Below are positions 48,960-63,237 of a stretch of DNA of 64,000 nucleotides, in pieces. Position numbers and translations under genes: made by a program. The notes under the pieces were generated by a model that was not told where the DNA came from, did not search any database, and saw only the letters and a program-made list of their open reading frames with translations. Within the stretch, counting starts at the first letter, position 1, and each line of letters opens with the position of its first letter. The DNA is from the human T2T-CHM13v2.0 reference genome, Homo sapiens, in the NCBI RefSeq assembly GCF_009914755.1, contig NC_060947.1. One strand, written 5' to 3'.

Positions 48960-50870
48960 CGGAAGATAGCTGACTAGACACAATCAGGAAATGTCTCTTG
49001 CACTGAGAGGAACCAAAGTTTCATGTAAACCATTACACTTCAGACAGATCTTTAGAGAGAAAACACTTAATGAGACAGGTAGTACAGACACCATAGATGA
49101 AAACAGAAGTTGAAAAGTCTGCTCAGAGATGTTGGGTGCCAGGATTGGCTCCTGGCCCAAAACCAAATCTAAGAGAAGGGATGAGTGAAGGAACTCCAGG
49201 GCACCATATTCCTGCCGCAGATCTCTGGGGTCCTAGCCACAGGAACTCCCACAACCCCCACAGACCTTTGAACTGGCAGCGGTAGCCACCCAGAGATCAG
49301 GCAGAGGAACAGCTCGAATCTGCATGGAGCCTAGAAGGGTTTTCTTGCCGTGCAGCCGCAGCAAAATTCAAACATAGGCCCCCATCTCCCAAGCATCTCC
49401 ATCTTGCACTCAGCAGCTTCAGTCCCTGCTGGTTGCCAGACCAGAAGAAAGCAGGACTGCTATTGCCATAAGAGTGCGGGTATCTGATTCACATGTCCCC
49501 TGACCTGCTGCCCCCTCTCAAGACTGCCCACCTGGCAGCTCTTGCAGGAGGGTACCCGCAGCACACCCCCACTGCCCTGCCGGGGTGATTTGCTGGTAGC
49601 CTAGGAGCAGTTTGGCCCTCCTAGCATGGCCACTGCTCAACCCCAAGGTGCTAGAGGACAAATCCATGGTCCCAGTCCCAACTCCCTGGGATTGAAGCAT
49701 ACCACCCAAGAGTATCGAGCTGAGATTGGGTCCTGAACTCGAGCATGGGGGGAGCCCCCACATTGATAACACATAGGAGACAGTATGCTGTGGATTTCTA
49801 CGCTAGCGTAGGAGTTGAGCTTTTCTCCCTTCCCAAGACTGTTCTGGGACGGATGTGGCCTGATAGGCAACTGCAACTTCTTCCCCAGAGAGATCCATAG
49901 CCAGAACAACAGGACAGGTTCAGAGATCTGGATGCAGAAGGCTTGGGATAATCCTAACCAGTATAGCCTTCTCTTGGGGCAGATGCCAGAGGGTGACCTG
50001 CTGGGTCAGGGGAGCGTGACCTGGGTGGACCCCACAGTTGTCTGCCAAGCTGAAAATTCTGGGCCCTGAGTGCTTTCCTGATTACATACCCACAATACCA
50101 CTGCTCTACCCAAGTGCTCTACTGCACTACTCTGTCCCTCACCCAGGTCACTACCTGACACCAGCAGACATACCCAACAACCCTCTCTCTGACTCTTGCA
50201 AGCATAGGGGATGAGTGAGCCCTCAGGAACTTGCAGGTCTCCTGATGACCTGACCCTCAGCTGGGACTGCCCCTAAGGGAGGTGGGAGTGCAGCCCACCA
50301 AACCCTTCCTTGGGGCAAAGGAAACATGAGCACAGCACCAGTACATGGAAAAGATGTTACAAAGGCCTGGGAACAGACTTGGAGAGGGAGTTATCTCTTG
50401 CCCCTCACATCCTCTCCTTAGAGCGCTGCTTGCATAAGCACTGAAAACCTCAAAGGTTGAGTGACTAGGAGGATATCTGCTGGCTCTTACTCTTAAGCAC
50501 CAGCTACTGGACTGCAGTCTGAATTACACTACCAAACAAATATCCCTCCACTATGCAATGCCTCTGAAGCCTACAGTTACCTATCTGAATCCTACAGGTA
50601 CCTATCTACAGCTTAGGAAACAATATACAACCTTGGTCCTCTGAAAGCACCCAGAAAATAAGCCAATTGATTATACACAACATTCACCATAGTCAAGCCC
50701 TCAAGAGAAAGAAGAATATGGAATCAAGCTGCATCGAAATGACCACAAATTTACAAAGAAAAACAAAGCTATCTCCCTCCTATGAGAATGAATCAGTGCA
50801 GGAACTCCAGTAATTCAAAAAGTCTCAATGTTTTGTTACCTCCAAATGATCTCACTAGTTCCCTAGCAAT

Positions 50871-50873
<3 letters not shown>
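48960..50873 (+). mobile_element. Old primate L1 (L1P4/PA13-17-like) 5'UTR and first ~30 codons of ORF1
   Basis: Start AAGATAGCTGACTAGACACA; ORF1 N-terminus [31 protein letters not shown]. Confidence 0.78.
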
Positions 50874-51390
<517 letters not shown>

Positions 51391-52439
51391 TCATTAGATG
51401 CGTAGACTAGTTTGGTGGCTTGGCTTATGTAACTAATATAACTGGATTCCAAAGCTGCTAATTTGTACCTTGTTAATGTCAGAAATGACTTCACCCCAGA
51501 GCTTTACTCCTACCAATGTGAATATTTCCATTTTCATGTATATGTTGATAGACAACAGTTAAATATTCAGCCATCAAATATTTTTTGAGAATTAATTTTT
51601 TGCTGATTACTCTGTCACACTCTCATATGTACATTTAAAAAATTAGTTCATATTTGAAATATGTTTATACACACACCATTCATATATATATATAAAAATC
51701 ATTGTATTTGATTTTGAGTGCCGTCTTAAATGTGAAATATCACTGTTACATATTTTTTAAAGTTTCATAAATGAATGAATGAAGCAGTAATTGATGCCTA
51801 TAAAGTAGCAATTTTGATTACTTTTCTACTAATATAGCTATAGTTTGGAGATTATTTACTCTTTTCTCCTAACCCAATGTTAAATGTAATATTAGTGATT
51901 TGATTCAGATGTTTAAATACAGGTAGATTCTGATTCAGATTAAATTATATTTCCTAAATTGTAAAAGTAAATAACACCAGGGATATAGGAGTGCATACCA
52001 ATAAGAATAATGTATTAGTTTTAGAGATATCAACTTCCAGAGTTGATAATTGTAAACCAAATAACTATGATAACTTCATGTTGACTTTGGTTTAACATGT
52101 ATTATGCTTGTCATAAATTACATACTAATAACTAGTCACAATTATGTATCACCTGAAATCCAACAATTTGGTCTGAAGTGAACCATATGTCATAACCAAC
52201 TGTGAAGGTGAATGTTGAGCTCACATCCTAATGTGGAAACTGAAGAGGCATAGCAAAGATTTGTTATTAAGCAAAAAGCAATCAATCTCACTCCACTGAA
52301 CCTAGTCAATGCAGCTAAAATTCTCTTTAGAAAATAATTATGAGTCTGTTGTAATGCATAGACATGTGTGTGACCAAGGTATCCAAATTCTGTTCCAAAT
52401 GGCACAGACAGACATAATGATTTTTAGTCTGGACCTTCT

Positions 52440-53510
52440 TTATTCAATTGCAGTGAAATCCACTCATTTTAAATTGCAGAATTCAGTGGTAATTAGTACA
52501 TTTACAATGTTGTGCAATCACCATCTTTGTGTACTTCCAAAACATTGCCATTTTCACAAAAATCAAATCTTGTGTCTTATAAGCAGTCACTCCCTAATCC
52601 CTTCTCCAGTCTCTGACAACCAGCAATCTGCTTTCTGTCTCTATGGATTTACCTATTTTAGGTATTTCATATAAAGGATTTATACAATATGTGACTTTTT
52701 ATGTCTGTCTTCTTTCACTTAAAGTATAGTTTGTAAGGTTTATCCACATTGTATAATAGCATGTATTAATACTTCTTTCCCTTTTATGCCACAATTTGCT
52801 TATCTATTTATCCATTGATGAAAATTTGGGTTGTTTCTACTTTTTGACTTCTGTGAATAGTGACACTATGAATATTTATGCCACGTATTTGAGTATAATA
52901 GTTTTTCAATTATTTTTGTGCGTAAATCTAGGTGTAGAATTGCTGGGTTATGTGATAATTCGATGTGTAACTTTATAAGGTACGGTCAAACTATATTCCA
53001 CTGTGGCCAAACCATTTAAAATTCCCACCAGCAATGTATAAGTGTTCCACCTTCTCCACATCCTTGCCAATACTTCTTATTTTTCATTAAAAAAATGTGA
53101 AATGATATCTGATTGTGATTTTGATCTGCATTTCCCTAACAAGTAGTATATATTATCAGCTATATAATTTGGCAAACATTTTTTCCCAATCTACGAGTTA
53201 CCTAGTAAGCTTCCTGAAAATATCCTGTGATATACAAAGGGTTTTTAAAAAAAAAAAAAAAATTTGTTGAAGTTCAGTTTTATCTATTTTTTCTTTTATT
53301 GCTTATATCTAAGAATCCACTACCAAATCTAAAGTCAAGAGGGTTTCTTCTAAGAGTTTTTTAGTTTTAGCTTTTATATTTAGGTTATTGATCCATTTTG
53401 TGTTAACTTTTGTATATGCTATGAGGTAGGGTTCTAAATTTACTCTTTTGCCTGTGGGTATCCTTTAGTCTCAGTACCATTTGTTAAAGAGACTATCCTT
53501 TCCCCTTGAA
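52440..53510 (-). mobile_element. L1MB 3' end, antisense
   Basis: TTTCTGTCTCTATGGATTTACCTATTTTAGGTATTTCATATAAA and ATTCCCACCAGCAATGTATAAG motifs. Confidence 0.8.
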
Positions 53511-53513
53511 TGT

Positions 53514-53514
<1 letters not shown>

Positions 53515-53548
<34 letters not shown>
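53515..53548. repeat. (CT)n microsatellite
   Basis: About 15 CT units. Confidence 0.95.
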
Positions 53549-53550
<2 letters not shown>

Positions 53551-53991
53551 TCTTCTCCCTCTCACTTGAATGGCCTGTAAATAATTCTCATATGCCTACT
53601 CATGCTCCTTTTTTGCCTTCAATGTTCTTCTTCACATTTCTCTTCTGCCACACTTTTAGTCACCCTTCTCTGTTCAGGTCCTGGCTCAAATGCTATCTCT
53701 TTCCAGGTCTTCTCTATACTTGCTAAGCCTGGAATGATTACTTCCCTTACTGGCACTGCATGACAGCTTGTGCATACCTTTATTGGAATATTTTTCATGT
53801 TTATTGTGGATGTTTGTCATTATTGTGAGATATTTGAGAGTGGGGTTTGTTTATTAAGAACTTTTATAGCAAATGGGATGAAATATCCAAAATGACATGA
53901 GGAGAAAAGATGATAGAGAAATAAGCAATCTAAAAGTTTGATAATGAGTTTCAATTCTAAAAATTCTGTCTTCTTGAAAAAATAGTGAAAT

Positions 53992-54025
<34 letters not shown>

Positions 54026-54098
54026 TATAAATTCACAAATATACATGTGAGAGTGTGTATGTGTGTGTGTGTGTGGACAGAGAGAGAGAGAGAGAGAG
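53992..54098. repeat. Compound (TA)n(CA)n...(TG)n(GA)n microsatellite
   Basis: Directly visible. Confidence 0.93.
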
Positions 54099-55716
54099 GA
54101 TACAGTATTTGAAAAGATGAGAGATCACTCACGCCCAGGAATCTCCCTCTTGGTGCTAAGAGTCTTGCTATCAACTTTCCACTTACAAGGATTCTGTGAA
54201 TTCTGCAGATGATTCTGCAACATCTGCAGAAAAATTCACATCATCTGTTGAATGACAGCATAGTTTTATCATAAAATAATTTTAAGACATTTACAAATAT
54301 TTAAATGAGAAGGTATTATTTAGTACCATATGTTAATGAGTAGCTTCGGAATATATGTCAAACATTTTTACTCTTCTTGTCAGTCATGTTTCCCTGCTGC
54401 TTTTCAACAATTTAGGCTACATTACAAGGCTTGTTCATTAAGGAATATGTGTGTAAGAAGATACATAGATGGTGCCTACATAAAACACAAAGGAGAGAAT
54501 GAGGAGGCTACAACAGAGACAAAGATCACAGAGTAAAGGGAAGGAGGATCTTTTTCATATATGAGAGGGAGATAGAGAAAGAAAAGGTATTAGAGTCAGT
54601 GTCTTTCCTTGCGCTGATCCCTATTTTGAATTGCAGAGAGGGAAGGAGAATGAGTAGATTGGCAAATCAAAATCATTACTGGGAAAATCAGGCCTCAGAA
54701 GCAATTTTGTGCCACATTAAGTTTGGGAATCTGGGTGGGGAGCATCTCAAAGTGAGCATCTTGTGAACACATGGCACCCACATTGCAATGAAACTAGAAG
54801 TGTGAAAAGTAAAATTCAGGCAGAAAGAATTAGAACTAGTACCAGCAGATCCTCTATGACAACTATATGGAACTTACCCATGAGTTTCTTATTGCCATAT
54901 TGTAGTTACACAAAATAATTGATGGTGTAGGCTGGAGGTTTCCCTACAACAAGGTTGGTCAAAGAGCCCATCTGATTGAGGGCTACAGGGCCTGGAAATG
55001 CCTGCTCTGTGGTTCCATTGGAGTTGTAATCAACATCATGGAAATCATCAAGCTGAGGTAAGGCCTGGCCAGCAAGAGGATGTAGTCTAGCCCTTTGCAA
55101 TTATCTATGACAAGAGAACCACCCAAGCCTTTTACCAGCCTTAGATTTAAATAGAGAAAGCTATCGTGAACCAAGAACAAAGTACTAGGACTCAACTGTT
55201 GATCTAGAGATACTTCTAGTTTTCATTGGAAAAACATTCCAGTTGTCTACTGTTCAGTCCTACTGACACTATTATATGAAAGAAAACTGGGAGACACTCT
55301 GAGAGTCTACAGATTTACCTAAGAGAGAGTTAGTTTACTTAAAAGAGATTGCTTTGAACTGAAAAATACTGATATAATTTTTATTGTCAAGTTTACTATT
55401 TTTTTCCTGCTATATGGCAGAAAGTAGCTTAAACCAGTTGTGGGAAATTAAGACGCCACAAATTAGTTCGCAATTTATTTCTATTGTTAAAATATTGATC
55501 CAACTGTATTTTTATAATACTTTCTTATCCATATGTTTTATTTATTATTTAATCACTTGGTTAAAAATTTTCTCCAAGAACATATAAAATATTTAATATA
55601 GTAAATCATTTTTATTTATGATCAGAGAGATTAAATTATTTATATGTATGTGGCTAAGAATGCATTTATAGAACAACATATATAAATGAAATATTTATTA
55701 CCAAGAGGATAAGGAA

Positions 55717-55935
55717 GGAGTTGGTACACAGACCCACTGGTCAAATTCGGCCAATTGCCTGTTTTTGTAATTAAAGTCTTATTGGAATGTAGACATCATC
55801 ATCTGTTTATGCATTGTCTATGGCTGCTTTGCACTACAACAGCAGAGTTGAGTAGTTGCAACAGGAAATATATGGGCCTCAAAGACAAATATATTTACTA
55901 CTTGGCCCTTTATAGATAAAGTTTGTTGAGTCCTG
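55717..55935. mobile_element. MER58A-like hAT-Charlie MITE
   Basis: GCCTGTTTTTGTAATTAAAG...TGTCTATGGCTGCTTTGCACTACAACAGCAGAGTTGAGTAGTTGCAACAG...TTTACTACTTGGCCCTTTA. Confidence 0.85.
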
Positions 55936-57252
55936 GCATGAGGAATCATTCCTTGCAGATATTTAACACATTTTTACTTTATTGTGACACTAACAAAGTG
56001 TCTCTAAAACCTCTATTTGTGAAGGGACTTAAATTACAAACAAGTTAAAATATTTTTATAACCATGCTAAGTATCTGCATTATAATGGAAAGGCAAAAGT
56101 AGTTAACAAATCGTTGTTTAATTTTTGGCAACTTTGTAAAATAAATCTTGGATGGCAGAAATCAGGTAACTTGAAACCATTGAAAATGAGCCAATTTAAA
56201 AAACAAGGCCATGTTTTCTTATTTCCCCAAGTGTCCTGGAATTCTGTAGCTTTTCTCTGCTTCTATGCTAAAACTCATGCTGCTATTAATGAACACTGTA
56301 AGCAGTAGAACACTAATATCCAACAGATGCCCTAGCCATTGCTTAAATTACTCACTTGGGCACAGAGAGGGAAATTAAAAAGTAACCCAGTGAACATGTG
56401 CATTTTGAAAAACAAGTAACATTTTTAGCCCATCTTAATTGCAGATTTCTTTTAAAGGAGAGGCAGTAAACTCTTTAAAGATCCAATTTCAATGTTTCTG
56501 AAAGCTAAAACAAGTTGGAGGTAAAGAGAATAAATCTGGCTTGCACATTGAGCTAAGCTTCAGGGTGTCAGCCTGCTGGAAATCAATAGAGCATTCCATA
56601 GACAGTCTGCAAGATCACAGACTCATGCTGGGTTATAAAAACACTCTGATTTTACATTTTCTTTCTTCCTTTCTGCTAGTCTGACCTTTGGTTGCAGAGT
56701 CAAACAATGAAGTGAGAATAAAATACACAATGGAAATTCTTTGAAAATTAAAAATGGAACAACTTTTTGTTGAAAGAAAAAAAGTCTCAGAATATAATCT
56801 TTGAGATTAGAGAGTCCTCAATTCCAAAATCCACTGATTACTATTGTTCCTTTTACTCTGTTTTGCAGTAATGCAGTCTTATTTGGAGCTTCTAACAGAA
56901 TAATATGAGTTCGTGATATTTGAAATTGTGATGTCTTAACCAAATTAATTTCAAGATTCAAAATCTGCACAAAACAACTCTGGCCTAAAGATTTTTTGCC
57001 ATGCAGAGCTCTTTACATGGATCCAAAATAGAAGGAAATGAAGTGGATAATAATCCATAACCATTTCCTTCAGTTCAGAAAAGAGGCACAATCAGAAATA
57101 GTTAAAGCATATCCTATAAGCACTGCCATTAGCTGATTCTAGATTAGTCAGCTACTCAGTTGTGTGTGTCAGTTCAGATACATTTAATCAGTGAAATCAA
57201 GGAAAGACATAAAACCTATATAAGTTATTTTCTTAATAGTTATAAGTTATGC

Positions 57253-59397
57253 AAACCCACAGCAAATATCATACTGAATGGGCAAAAGCTAGAAGTATTC
57301 CCCTTGAAAACCGGCACAAGACAAGGATGCCCTCTCTCACCACTCGTATTCAACATAGTGTTGGGAGTTCTGGCCAGGGCATTCAGGCAAGAGAGAGAAA
57401 TAAGGGGCATTCATATAGGAAGAGAGAAGTCAAATTACCTTTGTTTGCAGATGACATGATCCTATATTTAGAAAACCCCATCATCTCAGCCCAAATGTTT
57501 CTTAAGCTGATAAGTAACTTCAGCAAAGTCTCAGGATACAAAATCAGTGTGCAAAAATCACTAGCATTCCTATACATCAACAACAGGCAAGCTGGGAGCC
57601 AAATCATGAATGAACTCCCATTTACAATTACTATAAAAATAATAAAATACCTAGGAATACAGCTAACAAGGGAAGCGAAGATGCTCTTCAAGGAGAACTA
57701 AAAACCATCGCTCAAAGAAATCAGAGATGACACAATCAAATGGAAAAACATTCCATGCTCACAGATAGAAAGAATCAATATCGTGAAAATGGTCATACTA
57801 CCCAAAGTAATTTACAGATTCAATGCTATTCCCATTGAACTATCATTGACATTCTTCACAGAATTAGAAAAAAATATTTAAAAATGCATATAGAACCAAA
57901 AAAGAGCCCAAATAGCCAAGACAATCCTAAGCAAAAAGAACAAAGCTGGAGGCATCACGCTACCTGACTTCAAACTATACTAAAAGGCCACAGTAACCAA
58001 AACGGCATGGTACTGGTACAAGAATAGACACATAGACCAATGAAACACAATAGAGAACTCAGAAATAAGACCACACACCTTCAACCATCTGATTTTTGGC
58101 ACATCTGACAAAAGCAAGCAATGGGGAAAAGATTTTCTGTTTAATAAATAGTATTGAGAGAAGTGGCTGACCATATGCAGAAAATTAAAACTGGACCCCC
58201 TCTTTACACCTTATGTGAAAATTAACTCAAGATGGATTAAAGACTTAAATAAAAAAAACAAAAATCCAAAAACTATAAAAACCCTAGAAGAAAATCTAGG
58301 CAATACCATTCAAGACATAGGCATGGGCAAAGATTTCATGATGAAAACGCTAAAAGCAATTGACACAAAAGCAAAAACTGACAAATGGGATCTAATTAAA
58401 TTTAGGAGCTTCTACACAGCAAAAGAAACTATCATCAGAATAAGTAGAAAACCTATTGAATGGGACAGAATTTTTGCAATCTACCCGTCTGACAAAGGTC
58501 CAATATCCAGCATCTATAAGGAACTTAAACAAATTTACAAAAAACAAAAAACAAAAAAACAAACAACAGTATTAAAAAAGTGGCAAAGGACTTGAAGAGA
58601 TACTCCTCAAAAGAAGACATACATGTGGCCAACAAACCTATAAAAAAATATTCAACATCATTGATCATTAGAGAAATGCAAATCAAAACCACAATGAGAT
58701 ACCATCTCATGCCAGTAAGAACAGCTATTATTAAAAAGTCATAAAACAACAGATGCTGGTAAGGATGCAGAGAAAAAGGAATACTTTTACACTGTTGGTA
58801 GGAGTGTAAATTAGTTCAACCATTGTGGAAGGCAGTGTGGTGATTCTTCAAAGACCTAGAGGCAGAAATACCACTCAATTCCAGCAATCCCATTACTAGG
58901 TATATACTCAAAGGAATATAAATCATTCTGTCATAAAGATACATGCACGTGTACGTTCATTGCAGCATTATTCATGATAGCAAAGACATGGAATCAACCT
59001 AAATGCCCATCAGTGATAGAATGAATAAAAAATTGTATTACATATACACCATGGAATATGCATCCATAAAAAGGAATGAGGGACATGGATGGAGTTGGAA
59101 GCCATTATTCTCAAAAAACTAACACAGTAACAGAAAACCAAATACCCCATGTTCTCACTTATAAGTGGGAGCTGAATGATGAGAACATATGGACACAAGG
59201 GGAAACAAAACACACTGGGACCTGTTCGGGGTGCGGTGGGGGGAAGGAGAGCATCAGGAAGAATAGATAATGGATGCTGGGCTTAATACCTAGGTGATGG
59301 GATGATCTGTGTAGCAAACCACCATTTACCTATGTAACAAACCTGCACATCAAGCACAGGTACCCCTGAACTTAAAATAAAAGTTGAAGGAAGAAAA
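57253..59397 (+). mobile_element. 5'-truncated L1PA (roughly PA10-12): ORF2 RT/C-terminal relic and 3'UTR
   Basis: [30 protein letters not shown] and [15 protein letters not shown] motifs, frameshifted; 3'UTR and AATAAAA; TSD ATAAGTTA(T/G)GC. Confidence 0.95.
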
Positions 59398-60384
59398 TAA
59401 GTTAGGCCAAACCCTTAGATCTTAAAAAAAAAAACCTGAAGTTTCATTTTTTAAAAAAATGTAGATGTCTGCGTGTACATGACATATACTGTATTTTTAA
59501 GACTTCATTTAATTAATGCTTTGTAATGAGCTGGGTTTTTGTTGTTGTTGTTTGCAAAGGATGACACCTGGATAAACTGAATAAAAGAGGAAGATCCAAA
59601 TGATTCAGGAATGAAAAGGGCAGAAAAAAAATTACAAAGGTTAGAGTAATACAGTTTAAAGGTTGAAGGAGTCTGCAACCAGTGGCTGAAATAATGAATT
59701 ATTGATTCAAGTCCAGCCACAGATAAATTCTTGAAGATTTGTTACAACTTGTAAGAAGATGCTCAGAATAAAATCAAGCATCAGTGCTTAACCAGTCCAC
59801 AAAAGACATTAGTTGCTTATTTACTTTGATTTCTTTTGTGTTTGGCAAAGAATTTCACTTTCAATTTGTAGGCTAGGATTTTCCAAAGCTTTAGGATTCA
59901 GAACTAATAATCACCATTGTAACTTGCCAGACTATGTTTGAATAGACGTTTACAGCACAAATGCAAGCAACTACATTTTCTCCAAGAATTAAAGGAACTC
60001 TAACCCTGCTGTGAAGCAATCACTTGACAAAATAACTTGTTTTTTGTTTGTTTGTTTTTTTCAAAAAAACCCCTCTCTTTATTTTCCTTTCCATATGAAT
60101 ATTACTTTCCTTCTTTAATTTTTTGGACAATCAATAATTTTTTGAAAATGTTTGGTTTAGGTAATGTATAAGCCAATTATGTGTTAGTTTCAAAACAATT
60201 TTTCTAACAGTAAATTGCACGTTTTTTTGAAAAAGATAACACTTCATTCACCCACAGGCCCTGCACTGAATCCAGGATCTCTGTATTTTATTTCATTTCA
60301 CTAACGGTAACAGTAAAATGTTATCTAAAATTGTTATTGGCAGTAAAAGTTACAATCACTTGGCAAACTGTAGGTAGCTGTGAA

Positions 60385-60556
60385 AGTAGACATGAAGATA
60401 AGCTGAAGCCAGACAACCTGGGTTCAATTCTCGGCTCAACCTCTTACTAGCTGCTTTGTCTTGATTTCTGTGTTTCTCAGTTTCCTGATCTGCAAAATGG
60501 AATTGATAATAATACTTTCACTTATAGGATTGTTGTGAGAATGCACTGAGATAATT
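60385..60556 (+). mobile_element. MIR
   Basis: CCTGGGTTCAATTCTCGGCTC...TCTCAGTTTCCTGATCTGCAAAATGGA. Confidence 0.8.
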
Positions 60557-62104
60557 CTTGGGCTGCTCTGTAGCATATTTGGAGATGCTGTAAAGAAATT
60601 ATTGTTTTTTTAAAAAAATATTATTTAGGCATAATGTACAGATAAAATTAAGTTTAAAGATAACACAATATTTGCAAAATTAAACTTTCCACATTTTTGT
60701 ATTTAAGTTCATGAAAAGTTGAATAATATAACCCAAGTCAGAAAAATAAATGCCAGCAATTTGGCATTTGCATTAAAATATCTATCTTTTAAATTGTGAT
60801 GCTGATTCTGTTTGATTCAAGTGATCTAAGGATTCAAATATTTACTGATTTTGAAATTAATTCGAGTTGCTCCAAAAAATGCACCATCATACTTTAATAG
60901 AGTGGAAGTTGTTTGAAGTTTGATAATCAGCCTTCCTGAGAGCAAAATTATAAGACTGAGCAGACACCTCTATGATGAAGTGAGGTGGTATGATCAGTTG
61001 TGCAAATAGGCAAAACAAAAGAGAAACAAAAATCAGTATTTTTGTTTGAGTTGGAGTCTTTGTGCACTGAGAATAGGCAGGGTTGATGTTTGGGTGATTA
61101 ATGACTTGCCTTGCACAGATTCTCCATTCTCAGAATGTGTGCTCTGTGAATATTGGTAAGGCAGACCATGGTAAACAGTGTTTATTATGTTTACAGCATA
61201 GTTTTCCCTCAGACACTGAGTGCATGGAGTTACTGGATATATAAAAGGAAGCCAGGATTAATTTTTAAAGCTGTGTTAGGACCTCCAATGTTAGAAACAT
61301 TCTTTTATTTTAAAGCCCGTGGCATACTGTCTATCTCATGGTACATATAAAATCATCAGGAACTTAAAATTGTAGGCTTGGTGAAATCAAAGAAAATAAA
61401 TTGAACATAAGCATAGATAAAGCATACCTTTTTACTGTGCAATGAAATTTTCCTTATCCTTCTAACAAATACACACTCAGGGTGCAACTGTGATTTGCTA
61501 GAATAACTTGAGTCTGTCCAGTATTAGATTGAGTTTCCACATTAGAAACTGTGAAAGAATCCAGCAACTCCAATGCAACATAATGAGAACTAGAATATCT
61601 TCTGTAATCCAAATGCCACAATGGGCACAATATAATATTTAATATCAACATTTACAGAATGATAACATATCTAAAAAGTAAATCAGTTTCTTATTAGTGG
61701 ATTTTGCCAGATAATATTTGAAAAATTACAATGGCAATTCAGCAGCATCAGTCAGTGTTTGTAAAATATAGCACCTGGTTCTCAATAAATTCTCATAGTT
61801 ATCATAAAATACAAATAAAAATTAATTTTATATTTATAGTAGAGTCACCTCCTTAAAATATATGCATGTTTTATCTATAGCCTATATTTTTATTTCAGAC
61901 TGGCTCTCCCTCTGTTATCTCCGTGTTTCAGGATTTTCAGTTAGTATACACTTACTGTGACAATTGAGTAAAGTTGTATTCACACTTGACACTAGATGAT
62001 GTAGGATATTAATAATATGCTCTTAAGAAATATAACATGAAGTATGTAGTTTCAAAAAGGCGTGATGCTTAAACTTACTTTCATATTGAATAGTAAACAC
62101 TTTA

Positions 62105-62446
<342 letters not shown>

Positions 62447-62696
62447 TTAGTAATTTATGACACTAGGAGAAAAACATGAGTTTGTTCTTTGTATTATTCC
62501 TTCAACTTTTGCATGTTTCTAACCTTTTTCACAATAAAAAGTTAAAAGGAATAAATTTTCTATTATATTTTCCTTGATAAGAAGTCTATGCTTACTTATT
62601 AAACTATTAATGGGAAATCTGTATTTTAAAATGTTTATTTATGCAAACATGAATACTATATAATGAAAACCAATAGTATAGTATATTTGTGTGTGC

Positions 62697-62743
<47 letters not shown>

Positions 62744-62760
62744 TAGATAGATATAGACAG
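62697..62760. repeat. (GATA)n(GACA)n compound STR
   Basis: Directly visible. Confidence 0.96.
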
Positions 62761-62764
62761 ACAC

Positions 62765-62960
62765 TGTATTGGTCCATTTGTGTAACTATAAGGAATACCT
62801 GAGACAGGGTAATTTATAAAGAAAAGAGGCTTAATTAGCTCACAGTTCTGCAGGCTGTACGGGAAGCATGGTATTTGCATCTGCTCCTGGTGAGGGCCTT
62901 AAGAACCTTACAATTATGAAAGAAGGCAAAAAGGGAGCCAGTGTATGGCATGACAAGAGA
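62765..62960 (-). mobile_element. MSTB/MSTA-like MaLR LTR fragment
   Basis: CTATAAGGAATACCTGAGACAGGGTAATTTATAAAGAAAAGAGG...CTCACAGTTCTGCAGGCTGTAC. Confidence 0.85.
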
Positions 62961-63237
62961 CATCTGCTGTATATTGTATTTGTTTTCCCTTGGATCACAG
63001 ATTAGACTCTTCTCTAACAGTAATGATAAGAAATATGGCAACACTGCTCTCTAATGAAGAATTTCAGTTGTATTTAAACTATACCTTAAACACCATGCTC
63101 CATACAACTTAGGAAAATATAGTGTTGAGATACCAGCACACATGTACACTTTAATATAATTTTTCTAATATGAAAATAAGCAGATCATTTCAGTAATATA
63201 ATATTTAGTGATTTTTAATTTCCCTTGTTTTGGTAGT

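Noticed and set aside
57160-58595. Reverse-transcriptase ORFs (FADD motif) as a novel RT system
   Set aside because: Ordinary decayed LINE-1 ORF2, frameshifted and 5'-truncated
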